Assembly (NCBI GenBank): GCA_043228905.1
Contig: JBHGNT010000016.1
Coordinates: 14,260,001-14,324,000 of the forward strand
Direction: 5' to 3'
Length of the DNA: 64,000 bases
Source of the DNA: Azolla caroliniana
Lineage: Eukaryota; Plantae; Polypodiophyta
Of the stretch, positions 1 to 13,634 are shown piece by piece. Below the pieces are notes generated by a model. The model searched no databases, was not told the DNA's origin, and worked only from the letters and a program-made list of their open reading frames with translations. Numbering within the stretch: position 1 is the stretch's first letter; the number at the start of each line of letters is the position of its first letter. Made by a program: the position numbers and the translations under genes.

Positions 1-2447
1 TACTAACTTACGCGTCTAGTTTACGCACTGGGTTAAGCGCCATATTACGCACCCAATGTTGAGCTTGTCACTCAACACTCCCCCTCAAGCTCAACTTGAG
101 GTTCCTCCTGCTCTTCCAGATCTACACTTCTGTCCCTTCTGGCTTTACGCCTCGCTCGCGCTCCTCGACGTGTTCGATTCCGCGTGCTTCGACCCTTTCG
201 GTCGGCTTGTCTGCCCGTTCGGCCCTTCTCAGCTCCCTTGTTGTCGTGGTGTCGGTGTGTCCTTCGCCACCCTTTTCTCCGCATGGCCTTCAGTTGATTC
301 GGCGTATCTGAATCGAACATTCCAATTGAATCGGACACTTCCGATTCAATTCAACTTTTATTTGAATTGGTTGTCTCCAATTCGTCTTCAGTCTTTAGGC
401 GTTTAACTACATCAGACCACGTCTTGGTCTTGGCCTTTACGCCCTTCTTGGCTGTATCTCCCCCTGATTTGGCTATCCTCGGCTCTTTCTTATGCTTATG
501 GTCCTTGCTTCTATCTTCGGCTTCTTTAGCCGGTTCGAAGTCAAATTCTCCATCCGACTCCGCATCTCGGTCACTTCCGCCGTGATGCTTACCTCCGCTC
601 CTTTCACGCTCTGGTCCCTGATCTTCCTCTCTCCCCCTCAAGTTCAGCGTGTCGAGGTGACACAACCCAAACGCACTCGAGAAATGCCGCAACTTGTCGA
701 GACCAAGAGGTTTTGTGAAGATGTCGGGAATTTGCCGATCAATCGAAACATGTACCAATTCAACTTCTCCTGAAAGGACCCGCTTGCGGACAAAATGGTA
801 ATGCACCTCAATGTGCTTGGTTCGGACATGGAACACAGGGTTTTTCACAAGGTGGATACTGCTGAGGTTGTCGCAATAGATCATCGTCGGATCAGACACC
901 TCTAACCTCTACCTGCAGAACCCGTAATAGCCGTTTTAGCCAAATGAGTTCGCATGTAGTGATAGTTGCCCCTCGATATTCGGCCTCCGTGCTCGACAGT
1001 GCTACTGTCGACTGCTTTTTGCTGCTCCACGCGATCGCAACACTTCCTAATGAGAAGGCATATCCGGATGTGGATCGACGATCGTGGGCGTTTCCAGCCC
1101 AATAGGCATCCGTGTAGCCGACGAACTGTTCGGCTATGCCTGCCCGATAAAACAACGCCATGTCTTTCGTGCCGCTAACATAATGTAGTATCCGTTGCGC
1201 GCACTGAAAGTGTTCGACTGTAGGCTGCGACATGAATTTATTGATTAGGCCGATTGGATAACTAAGATCCGGCTGAGTAATCGTCAGATAGATAAGGCTG
1301 TTGACAATCTGTCAGAACCGTGTTGGGTCTCACACCTTTCCCGAATCTCGGCGAAGCTTGAGGGTTCTGTCCAGAGGGGTTGAGATGGGCTTACAATTTG
1401 CCATCCCGAACTTGAAGAGCATATTCAGCGCTTAATGACGCTGGCTGATCAAAATGCCTTCGAGGTTGCAGATCACTTTGATCCCGAGGAAGTAATGAAG
1501 GTCTCCGAGATCCTTCATTTCAAACGATGCCGCAAGCTGAGACTTCACGCAACGGATTTTGTCAAGGTCAGCACCAGCGATGACTAAATCATCAACATAC
1601 AAGAGTAGGCTAACCGGTCCATATTGTCCTTGCCGAACAAATAGAGAAGAGTCTAATTTCGACGACGCAAACCCCATCCTACGCAACTATTGCGTAATCT
1701 TTGCGTTCCAAGCTCGTGGGGCTTGCTTCAGTCCGTATAAGGATTTCTTCAATTGGCAAACTGCTGAGGTGTTTTGTTTAGATAGAAATCTGGGGGGCTG
1801 TACCATGTACACCTGTTCCTCAGGATCACCTTGCAGGAACATGTTCTTTACATCCATTTGATGTAAGTCCCACCCCTTTGCCGTTGCTACGGCTAGCAGG
1901 ACTCGTACGGTAGTCATCTTCGCGACAGGTACAAAGGTCTTGTCATAGTCCACCTCGTGCTTCTGCACGTAGCCTTTCGCTACCAACCTTGGCCTTGATT
2001 TGGTTGACCGAGCCGTCAATGTTGTACTTGACCTTGTACACCCACCTACATCCAATTGGCTTCACACCCTTCGGTGCGTCAACTAGGTCCCAGGTTTCAT
2101 TCTCCAATAATGCGCGCATCTCTTCCTCCATTGCGGCATGCCAGTTCGCGTCTTTCGCCGCTTCTACGTAGTTCTCCAGCTCACGCACTTCCGCCACTCG
2201 CGTCATGTACGCGTAATGGTGCGCCATGTACTCATTATACCCGTATCTCTTTACGGGGTTCTTCTGGTGGGTAGATCGGCTTAAATCATGATCACCCGAT
2301 TTAACAACCTTTTCGGCCGAGTTTGACCTTTGCCGCGGAGGTTTCCTTACGATCAACTCAATGTCAAATTCGCTTCGAACTTACTCGACACTGCCGAAAT
2401 CGTACTCCGGCATTTTCTTCTTGCCCTTCTCCGTGCGCATAAACCGT
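1..2447 (-). mobile_element. Ty1/copia LTR retrotransposon, 3' half (degenerate RT-RNaseH, 3' extension, PPT 78-88, start of 3' LTR at 77 running off the window)
   Basis: Frameshifted ORFs 1943-2356, 1687-2055, 1432-1686, 892-1233, 351-899 carry copia motifs ([47 protein letters not shown]). Minus strand reads TTGAGGGGGAG then TGTTGAG. Confidence 0.93.
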
Positions 2448-3450
2448 TGTCGTGAAGAAAACCGTCCCCTGGCGCAATCGGTGAATAGCGCACATGAACC
2501 GGCCCTTCACGTGTGCGCGCTCTTAATGTGTATAATAGAGAATTAGGTACAGAGAGAGATCTTGGGTAGTTAGATTCGGTAGGTAGGAAGTAAATGAGGG
2601 AGACGACTCCCTTCTTGACGCTATAAAGGAGAGGGAGACGCAGGGAGAGGGGATCGCGCATTGAGGAGGACGAAGTGCTGTCGGACCGGAACCGAATGCT
2701 TCTCCTCTGTCTATTCTCTGTTGCTCTTCTCTGCAGGTTTCGGGAGGCTCGCGCTGCTTTGAGGAACGCCCGTGTGCTTCCGGCAGCACCTCCATCCTAT
2801 CCCCATTTCGTGCGCAGACGAACAGGCATCAACATCTGTTCACCGGCCTGTTCGGTTGTAGCCGCTCGCGTGTTCTGCTGTGTACTTGTTATTCGTTAAT
2901 ATACAAACACTTGTGTCTCCCTGTCTCTGTGTCCATTCACGTTTTCTGTGTTGACGGGCCACACCCCTGTGTTTCTTGGCTCATACGTGACCGGGCGTCT
3001 CTCTCCTTCTCTTTTCCCCTTCTATCACCTGCTCTTCGGTTCAAGACCCCGGTGGTCCCGCCTCGTTTCCTCACGCACGCGCGTAGTAACGCGACATCTT
3101 TGGTGAACCCGACGTGAAACAGGCGGCAGAGGAGCAGAAGATGAGGGGGTCGGATCTTGCAAAGGCCATGGCTTCGGCCGTGGACCGGATAGTGAGCGCG
3201 TGCAAGGGCACCGGCGCCCTTGACAGGGTTATTGAGGCGATCGTCGGTACGATCGGCCGGTTCAGTGGAAAGGATGCGACGAGTTATTTGGCGTCCTACC
3301 GGGCGGAGATGTTGATGAGGGATATTCCGGAAGAGAGGCGTCTTGTCGGATTCCCTCGAGTGGCGATGTCGGGCATCTATGCGGAGGTGCTCGAGGTCCG
3401 GGTGGAGAGCCGGACCTGGGAAGAGTTCGAAGGACGGCTCCTGGAGAAAT
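2448..3450 (+). mobile_element. Truncated Ty3/gypsy element: 5' LTR 2448-3096, tRNA-Trp PBS 3101-3118, gag N-terminus
   Basis: TGTCG...CGACA termini; TGGTGAACCCGACGTGAA complements the plant tRNA-Trp 3' end; ORF 3114-3450 is nearly identical to gag at 48688-49177 (minus). Confidence 0.9.
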
Positions 3451-5132
3451 TGTCAGGGCTTCTATACAAGCGCTCACGGAGCACAATAGTATGTACAAAA
3501 CGTTATTATTTTTTGAAACAAGTTGTTGTCTACTAACTCTATCTCCATCTATGTGTTTACCTAACTATATTTTGGTGTCCGACTAAATCGGCTGTCTTGT
3601 CTAAAGGCTTCGGCATACATTATTCTTTTACAACATAAATAACATATCCTAGTTTGTTCAGATTGGACAATGTGAATATGGCCATTATATACCCGTATTC
3701 GACATAGACATGTAATGGGCATATACATCAAGGAGAAAATTGTAATATAAAATAGATATATACAAAGAGATGTTAGGATAGATCGGCATATAACCAAATC
3801 GGTAATGGCCAAAAGAAATATAGGCTGAATCGGGTGGTTCGAGAACAAACGCCAGATCGGCTGTCAAGGCTGATTGTTCGAAGCTATCTCTGTTGTTTGA
3901 CTCCATCAGACCAATTTCTCTTTAAGCCCACCTGGTGCCTCAATAATCGGAATCGGTCAACCGAAAGACAATTGTTCATCCCATCTACTACATTGTCCGT
4001 GGTAGAGATATTCTAGAGCCCAAGCCTTCTTGAAGTTACACTGGTCTAAACGGAGTGATATCAAATGACGATACACTTGGAGGCATTATTATGAATTGGG
4101 TTCTTTGGCAAAGTGATAACACCTTAACTGTCACTATAGACAATTGGTGCCGAATTCGGATCGGCTTGTCAAAATATACACGCTAGTTGATTGAGCCATA
4201 GAACCTCTTTCGCCGCATTGGACACGACTATGTATTCAACTTTGGTAGTTAAAGTGGCTATGCACTTTTGAAGTTGCTCCATTCTCAAATTTGAAGCAGT
4301 ATTCAGTTGTTGACTTTCGATTGTCCACAAAGTTGACAAAGTCCGAGTTGGTGTAGCTCATTAGGCTTGATTTCCTGTTTGGACCAAAGAGGATGCCAAG
4401 GTCTTGTGTGCCCACCAAATATCTGAATACATGCTTAATTGCATTCCAATGTTGTTCGCTAGGGTTGTGGACGAATCAGTTGACGACTCCTATGATCTAT
4501 GCTATGTTAGGTCGTGTTGTGACCATTGTGTACATCAAGGAGCCGATTGTGGGTGCATAAGACACTGGCTTCATATCTTCCCCCTTCAGGCTGGACATCA
4601 GATAGTCTCGCTGAGACAACTGAAGGCTAATGGGGAGCGGGGTAGAGGCATATTTGGGTGATTGCATGTTGAAGAGTTCCAAGAAATGTCACTGATTTCA
4701 GGACCAACTTATCTTTATCCTAGAATATGTGTTGTCGGACCTAAGTTATGCATGGGACCCATCTTGAGCTTTCTTCGAGAAGAGGCAATGGTCCTCATCG
4801 CTCTTACAGAAGCCAATAGACTAGACAAAGTCATCAAACTTTTTGTACCACTGCCTTGGTTCGTACTTTAGGCCATAAAGACTATTCCTGAATATGCAAA
4901 CGAGATGTTCTTGGCCGACTGCAATAAAGCCTTTCAGCTACTCCATTTAATCTCCTCTTTTAGATCACTGGGAACAAAGTTCGTCTTAACATCTAATTGA
5001 ATAAGCTCCAAATCTTTGGCGGCCACAATGCCATGCAAAATCTGAAGGCTGGTCATTTTCACCACTAGTGAGAAGATCTTGTCATAGTCGACAAGATCTT
5101 GTCGTAGTCGACACCATATTCTTGCCGGAAAC

Positions 5133-8100
5133 TGTTGAGCGGCAAGCTCAACCGGAGCCGGATCGGCTGAATAAGCCGGAGCCAGTAAGCGAGACGGATC
5201 AGGCGAAACGGATCGGTATGATGGTGAGCAACCGAACCGGCAAGCAGTGGAGGCCGGGTGCAATCCGTAACCGGAAGTCCAATCGGAAGCCTAGTATAGG
5301 ATAGACTACTAGGTAGCTATAGTCTCGTAGTAAGTGTCAGATTCTCGTGTGAGCATTGAAATACATGGTACTTCTGTCAGTCCCAAGAGGACTTGTATAA
5401 ATAGTGCTACTTAGCACAGTGTGTGTACAGAGTCTTGATATAATTTTGAAATTGTGTTCTGCTCTCTCTGTCTGTCTGTCTGTCTCTCTCTCTCTATGTG
5501 TTGTTCTCTGTTTTACGCTTCCGCAAACACTTACGTTTACATGGTATCAGAGCGCGAGGGTTGAGAACCTCTGCTGTAGACATTTACTCTTGAGAAGAAA
5601 ACCCTAACAGGTCAAAAACAGACACTGTAGAAGACATGGATAGAGGCATGGCTACGTCGCTCCCGGTGGAGAAGCTCGACAGGAGCAACTACGCATCCTG
5701 GTCTTACAAGATGCACCAGTACCTGCTTGGACACGGGTACTGGAGTTATGTCGAAGGAGCAAATGATGCGGCGCCAAACTCGGCACACAAGGACTTCCCG
5801 GTATGGGAACATGCGGCAAGCAGGGTGATGTACTGCTTCGCATCCAGTGTCGGCGATCAGCTGCTCAGCCACATCCGTGACGCCAAGACACCGAAGGATG
5901 CTTCGGGGAACCTAAAAAAGGTTTTCGCTGCAAGCACCACTGCCCGGAAGCTGCAACTCAGACAGGAGTTGAGCAATGTTCGACAGAAGAACATGTCCGT
6001 GGCAGACTACACGGGCCGGATAAAGGAGATTTGCGACTCGCTCGCCTCTATCAATGTTACCGTAGAGGAAGAAGAGATGGTGCAGTTATGTCTCGGAGGC
6101 TTGGCGTCCAAGTTCGGAGCGTTCCGGACTGCGGTGTGTACAAGGGAGAATACCCCCTCATTCTTCGACTTACAGTCGATGCTCCTTGTAGAGGAGAACC
6201 ACGCCGTTGCATCTAACAGTGCATCCCCGGACAACCGAATGCTGTACACGGGAACAGATCGGCTCCGTGGGCGTGGTGGAAGAGGTGGGTCGACACGCAA
6301 TGGAGGCGGCCGGCAAGAGCAGGAACGGAGGCACTATGAGCGTGCCGACAGCAGTTCCGGGACTTCCACAAGCAAGGGGAGTCAAGGCGGTGCCGGAGGC
6401 TGGCAAGACAAATCCGCTACGGAATGCTAGTACTGTGGCAAAAAAGGCCACAGGGAAAGCGAGTGCTGGAGAAAGCGTGCCGATTCGGACAAATCCGGAT
6501 CCGCCAAGACCGGTAAGGATGGCCGGCAAAACTCGCACTACGCAAACGGATCAGGAGGATCCGGAACCGGAAAGGCCGGTAAGGGGCCAGCCTTGGTGAT
6601 GAATCACAAGGCAAACTCAATGAAGAAGACCACTTCCAAAACGGAGGAAGTGTGGTATGTTGATTCCGGCGCGTCGAACCACATGACGAACCACAAAGAG
6701 TGGTTCTCCTTTTTGGAGAAACCGGATCAACCAGGAGTAGTCGAAACCGGAGACGACACTCCTCACCGAATCGTGCACGTCGGAGAACTCCCTCTAAGCC
6801 ACGTCGGACAGAAAGGGAAGCTGATGAACGTATTACACGTTCCGACAATCACGAAGAACCTGGTGTCCGTTGGTCAGATTGTCGACCAGGGGATGCAGGT
6901 GCGGTTTACGCACCTCGGGTGCTTCATTGAGGATGAGGGCGAAGTCATTGCGCAAGGGCGCAGAGACGAGAGGATGTTTATCCTCAACACCAATGACTTT
7001 GGCACCGCTCTATTCGCGAAACGACAGAAGGTCAAGTCGGACATCGAACTGTGGCACAAGCGGATAGGCCACGTCAACTACCGGAGGCTTCAAGACCTGC
7101 AAACGAAACAAGTCGTTTTCGGTTTGCCGAAGTTCAGCGGCCGGAGAGCCGAAATTTGTGAAGCCTGCCAACTTGGGAAGCAACACCGGCTTCCATTCCC
7201 CACCGAACGGAACCGGAGCCATAACAAGCTCGATCTCATCCATTCGGATGTGTGGGGACCGGCACAAAGTGTAAGCCTTGGCGGGAGCCGATACTTCGTC
7301 TCCTTCATCGACGACTATACTCGACATACTTGGATCTACCTCATTGAGCGGAAGAGCGAAGTCTTCGACTATTTCCGGAGCCTCCAGAAGATGGTGGAAC
7401 GGGAATCGGAGTGGAAGATCAAATGCCTTCAGTCGGATGGCGGAAAGGAATATTTTTCCGGCCAATTCACTAGTTATCTGCAGCAGAAGGGAATTCGGCG
7501 AGAGTTCAGCTGCAGATACACACCGGAGCAAAACGATGTGGCCGAAAGGAAGAACCGAACACTCGTCGAAGCGGCAAGGGCAATGCTGGAGGAGAAGAGC
7601 ATGCCCCGGTTCTACTAGGCGGAGGCGGTCCAGACGGTCGTCTACATACAAAACCGCATTGGTGACAAGGTGTCAGCTCATGAGCTGTATTTCGGGCGCA
7701 AGCCGAACTTAAGACACCTTCGGATATTCGGCAACATAGCATATGTGCATGTGCCGGATCAGAAGCGGAGAAAGCTGGATGCAAAATCGGAAAAATGCAT
7801 CCTAGTCGGCTATGCTCAAGAGCAAAAGGGGTATAAGTGCTATAACCCCCGGACGAAGGAAGTCCGAGTTAGCCGGGATGTCGAGTTCGACGAATCGGCA
7901 TCCTGGACAACCTGTGAGAAGGATCCCGTCGTGCGGTACGGGTACAATGAATACATGGCGCATCATTATGCATACATGATTAAGGTGACAGAAGTGCGTG
8001 AGCCGGAGAGCTACGTAGAAGCGGCAAAGGACGCAAATTGGCGTGCCGCTATGGACGAAGAAATGCGGGCACTCGATGCCAACAAAACTTGGGACCTAGT

Positions 8101-10663
8101 TGATCCTCCCCATCACTGTAAACCGATCGGATGCAAGTGGGTGTACAAGGTCAAGTACAACGCCGACGGTTCTGTTAAACGGTACAAAGCCCGGTTAGTG
8201 GCGAAGGGATACGCGCAGACCCACGGAATCGATTACGACGAGACCTTCACTCCTGTGGCGAAGATGACGACGGTTCGTGTGGTACTGGTGGTTGCTGCGG
8301 CAAGGGGGTGGCATCTTCACCAGATGGATGTGAAGGATGCCTTCCTTCAAGGAGAGCTTGAAGAAGAAGTCTTTATGACTCAGGCCCCCGGATTTCAATC
8401 GGAGATGAACAAATCGGCGGTATGCCGACTGAAGAAGTCGCTTTACGGCTTGAAGCAAGCCCCCCGAGCTTGGAACGCGAAGATCACGCACCGGTTGCGT
8501 CAGCTGGGGTTGGCTGTCTCTAAGTCGGACTCTTCGTTGTTCATCCGGCAAGGCTCTAACGGTCTGGTATGTATACTCTTGTATGTGGATGATTTAGTCA
8601 TCACCGGACCGGGTCTTCCCGAAATCAACCGCGTCAAGTCCTAGTTGTCGGACGCATTTGAAATGAAGGACCTGGGGGACCTTCATTATTTTCTTGGGAT
8701 CGAAGTGATCCGAACCCCCGACGACATATTGCTCTCACAACGACATTACGTGTTGAATATGCTGTATAAGTTCGGCATGACGGATTGCCGACCTGTCTCC
8801 ACACCCCTGGACCGGAACCAGAAGCTCCGTCCCAACTCAGGACCGGCCTGCAATGAGAAACGGTTCCGACAGGTTGTCGGAAGCCTGATCTACTTAACCA
8901 TCACCCGACCCGACATCAGCTATCCGGTCGGCATGGTAAGCCAGTTCATGCAGAAGCCAACCGTGGAGCACCTTCAGTGTGCGCAACGAATATTACGGTA
9001 TGTCAGCGGCACTAAGGACCGGGGACTGCTATACCGGCGAGGTATACCCGAAGAGTTTGTCGGTTACACAAATGCTGACTAGGCCGGCGATGCGTCTAAT
9101 CGCTGCTCCACTTCCGGATACATGTTCTCCATAGGTAGCGCGGCTGTTGCGTGGAGCAACAAGAAGCAACCCACAGTGGCTTTGTCAAGCACTGAGGTTG
9201 AGTACCGGGCCGCTACCATTGCCACTTGTGAAGCCATCTGGCTTCGGCGACTGCTGCGAGACTTGCGGATCGAGATACCGACCCCGATCCCGATTTACTG
9301 CGATAACATGAGCAGCCTGCAGCTCGCCAGGAACCCTGTGTTCCATGCTCGCACAAAGCACATCGAGGTGCACTACCACTTCGTGCGTGAGTGGGTCCTG
9401 AGCGGTGAAGTTGACCTACGGTATGTTCATATGGATCGGCAAGTTGCCGACATCTTCACCAAGCCGCTCGGATCGGACAAGTTGCAGCACTTTACCGACA
9501 TGCTTTGTATTCAGCATCTCGACGTGCCGCACTTGAGGGGGAGAAGCAAGGGCAAAGTCTCTATCGAAACAGGCAAAGGCCAAAAAACTGTTGAACCCGT
9601 CGGTAAGAAGAGAGCCCGAAGAAGAGGAGACAAGAAGATGAAGGAAGCCGAGTCGACGAAGGAAGTCGACACATCCGAACAGGTCGGAGCAAGCAGCTGT
9701 GAAGAAAAATTGTGCACTCGGGAAGAGAAGTGCATGCTGTGCGAAGGTCATCACGACGGTACTGACCATGATGCGGAGTCGAATGAAGAATTCGATTTCG
9801 GTTCACCGGCTGAAGAAGCTGAGGGAAGCATGGAGAAGGCCAAGACTCGGAAGTGGTCCGATGTGGTGAGAGGCCTGAAGCCGGAAGTCGAATCAGAGTG
9901 TACCGATTCGGACAAGAGCTGGAACGAGTCGGAGACAGCTGACTCGGATCAACAGATGGATTCGGATGAGTCGGATCGACTGAAGGCCAAGGGGACACAG
10001 ACACAGCGGAAGTCGATGCCATCGTGGGAGAACCGACGGATCTGCAAGCGCCGGAGTCACAACAACGTGAGTGCTGAGATGGGCCTATTGAGCAGACATG
10101 CCGACCAAGAGGGTCGAGGCGCGTAGAACCAAAGGGGTCGCGGCAAACGGGACTGGACCGGATGAGGAGCGCGAGCAAGGTGGAGTGATGCCAGGAGAAG
10201 TTGGTTGGAAGAACCGACTGCCACAGAGGTCGACACTACGACCCCACCTCAGGTCGAGCTTGAGGGGGAGTGTTGAGCGGCAAGCTCAACCGGAGCCGGA
10301 TCGGCTGAATAAGCCGGAGCCGGTAAGCGAGACGGATTGGGCGAAACGGATCGGTATGACGGTGAGCAACCGAACCGGCAAGCAGTGGAGGCCGGGTGCA
10401 ATCCGTAACCGGAAGTCCAATCGGAAGCCTAGTATAGGATAGACTACTAGGTAGCTATAGTCTCGTAGTAAGTGTCAAATGCTCGTGTGAGCATTGAAGT
10501 ACATGGTACTTCTGTCAGTCCTAAGAGGACTTGTATAAATAGTGCTACTTAGCACAGTGTGTGTACAGAGTCTTGATATAATTTTGAAATTGTGTTCTGC
10601 TCTCTCTGTCTCTCTCTGTGTGTTGTTCTCTGTTTTATGCTTCCGCAAACACTTACGTTTACA
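5133..10663 (+). mobile_element. Full-length Ty1/copia element; LTRs 5133-5541 and 10271-10663; TSD GAAAC
   Basis: TG...CA direct repeats; GAAAC at 5128-5132 and 10664-10668; PBS TGGTATCAGAGC (tRNA-iMet) 5542-5553; PPT 10260-10270. Confidence 0.97.
5636..10126 (+). pseudogene. copia gag-pol polyprotein (gag, CCHC, protease DSGAS, integrase, RT, RNaseH, C-terminal extension) broken by in-frame TAG stops
   Basis: Same-frame ORFs 5636-6430, 6593-7618, 7670-8644, 8645-9082, 9122-10126, each ended by TAG at TGG/CAG positions. The integrase-RT linker is shortened near 7905 relative to the copy at 16380-16730. Confidence 0.93.
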
Positions 10664-11043
10664 GAAACCCTTCACTACTAGTGTGGCTTTGAATTTGGGA
10701 CTAGCTCAATTGGACATTTCTTTTAGACGATAGATCCATTTGCAAGGGAGAGCACGTCGATTTGTTCATAGTTTGTTGAGAGGCAAGCTCAACATGCGCC
10801 GACCAACTAAATAAGCCTACAATTGGGTCGGCCTCAGGAAAGACTGGTGGGTTGTTGAGGCCTTCATCCCTAGTCTTAGTACTAGGAATATTTTAGGCAG
10901 TTAGTGTCGTGGTCTTTTTATGAGCAATCAAGTACTCACAGTACTTGTGTCAGCCCACTATCAGGGCTTGTATAAAAGTTCTTCTGAGCACACTTGTATG
11001 TACAAAGAGTATTATTTTCAAATCTAAGTTTTGTCTTCTGCGC

Positions 11044-12165
11044 TGTCGTGAAGATCCGTCACTACGCGCGGATCGTGAGGCGGAACCGCCGGGGTTCTGG
11101 ATCGGAAGGATTCAAAGTTGGTACAAGCTTTGGCGAGAAAGTACTTAAGATAGATTGGGAAAGAGAGAAGTTGAGATTAAACTATTGAGAGAGATTGATT
11201 GAACTTTTATCTTTGGATTTAAGAAACAAGTTACACCATCAATTTGATAACGAATTTCTTCTTCTTAATTTCATAACAAAAAAAACGTGTTTTTTCTCCT
11301 CCCCCTTCCTTCTTTTATAGATGCTCTCATGCATATGATGCATGTGAGGGTACAAGACACGCATAAATTGCATGTTTGCCATTTGGCGCTTATGTATTAC
11401 ATGTGGTGCATGATAACCATGTCACTCATTTTAGCTCTCATGTATGAGAATTTACATGTAAAAGTACAATGATAGAAATATAAAGTTAACTAAATGGCAT
11501 GGTTTAATGGTAAGCCAATTGACTCCTAACTTGGAGGTGCAAGGTTCGAATCCTTACTTGCCCTCCTTGTATATGTATATATGTATATATATTTATATAT
11601 TTATTTATCTAATCGCCGGACGCGGGTTCAACGAATGCCGTCGGTTACTGATGTCGTCGCCGGATGCCGTCATCGGTTGCCTCCGGATACCGGTGCCGTT
11701 GTCGGATGCCGTCAGATACCGCCGCCGGTTGCCACCGGGTACCGGTTTGCTGTCGGATCACCGGCTCGATCGCCGGTCCGGTTTTGGTTGGCTAAAACCC
11801 TTTACGAGTAGCTAGCCCACCTCCACTCTTAGTTCAAGTTACCTTGAACTCTCTTTGCTCCACACATAGACACAAAGATAATATCTTTTGCTCTACCTTA
11901 TATATGATGAGAGTCGTATTTGTCGTGCCTATGTGGGATATCTCACAATTTTCTCTTTTCCTTTTACAAACTTTATACCCTCATATCTTGACATTTAGTT
12001 GTCCGTTTCTCGTGTAATAAAGTGCATTCGAAACCTCCATCATTTTGTACTTAGATATTAAATTTATTTAAAATGTTATCTTCACAATTATTGTACTATG
12101 TGATTCATTCTCGATTTCGTACGTTTTATGGGATTTTCACACTATTGCCGAAAATCTTCACGATA
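11044..12165. mobile_element. 1.1-kb insert (probable gypsy solo LTR) with 12-bp terminal inverted repeat and 4-bp TSD GCGC
   Basis: TGTCGTGAAGAT...ATCTTCACGATA; GCGC at 11040-11043 and 12166-12169; the host LTR rejoins cleanly; the terminus matches the tRNA-Trp gypsy LTR end. Confidence 0.82.
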
Positions 12166-13634
12166 GCGCTCTCTATCTCTCCCACTCCCACTTATTGTAT
12201 TTCTGCGTTTCTATGTGTTTTAACTAACTCTGGTTGAGCCGACTATGTTTTGTTTATAAGCTTCCACATACATGTTACCCGTAAGAATATATGGGGAGGC
12301 TTAAGGGTAGGTGTAATGATGTGGTTGATGTGTATGTGTAAAGTAAATGAGTGTGTGAGTGTGTGTATGGACACATGCACAACTATGTGCATGTGTACAA
12401 GAATGCGTAACGGTCTTATTTATAATGGTCATGTAACTGTTACATTGGATGCATTATATAAACCCCTTATTGGAATGTAATGAAGATGACTTTTTCCCTC
12501 TCATTTTGAATTTTGTATTTTCACTTTCCTTCTCTCTCTCTCTTTTTATTGTAACCCCCTTGGGAGGGGAGTGATGCCATTTTAGGCTTCACCCCCCCAC
12601 CCCAACAACACTTTTGGCACGCCCGAACGGATGACCCTCCCTTGAGAAGAAGTCATGTCTCCCTCCCTCGCTCTCCCTCTGCAATCTCTTTCTCTCTCTC
12701 TCTCTCCTTTGCTGCGTGTTGTTACTATCTGTGTTAGAGAGAGTGGTTTTGTGCATAGACTCTCTATATGGTGATCCGTTTTATTAAAGGTTCTTCGTGT
12801 GTGTTGGGAATCAGGATCTAGAGATTTTGTGAGATGACTATCTTTTTGCTCTTCCCCCTATCTTTTGTGTGTTGTAATATGTCATTCTTCTTCTTTCTAG
12901 ATCGACCTTTAATTTGATTTCAAGAAAGAAACCCTAATGTTTTTGTGCTTAAACGTATCTACATTGTTCTCTCTCTATAGACAACAACCATCTGCCGAGG
13001 AAAGAGAACAATTTTGTGGATATTTGGAAGTTTTGGCTTCTTCATCAACGTTATCATTTTTACAACAGTCATCATCATCATCACCATAATCACCATCACC
13101 ATCATCAGATACCCTCCTCCTCTGGTTTGCAGCAACTCCTCTGGTGGGATGGGGGAGATTGAGGTATGTGGACCAGGAGCTCTGCAATCACCGGTAGCAG
13201 ATCGGTATGATGGCGGGAATATAAGTTACAATTTTTGCGTAAGGGGTTTGTCCTACATTAATCTTTCACGCAAAAGTCTGATTTGATCATCCGAAAGTGG
13301 AGTAGAAATGGGAGCATGTCTCTCTCATAGCATAGATGGAATTACTAGTACTAATGAATATGACTGTGTTGCCTGTTGCGGTGAATATGATCCTTCTCAA
13401 TGAAGATGAAGAAAATTTAAAGGGAAAGAAAGGAAGAGGCATTTATGGAGATAGTCACTGTTGATCCCATCAAATCGATGAATACAATGCCACTACCCTC
13501 TCCATCAGCGTAGATACTATCAAGGCTCAGTATGGTTTGCTTTGTTAGCAGACCTTCAAAGTTTGATTTTTCATAAAAGAAGTCCAGGAAGCATAGTGGC
13601 GAGAAGCAAGAGTTGAAGCCGCTACAACCATTCG

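Noticed and set aside
3451-3914. Additional LTR starting TGTCAGGG, or 3' LTR of the old copia
   Set aside because: No partner repeat or TSD in the window; boundaries could not be supported.
11495-11562. Functional tRNA gene
   Set aside because: Acceptor stem and anticodon loop are non-canonical and it lies inside a mobile insert; kept only as tRNA-like.
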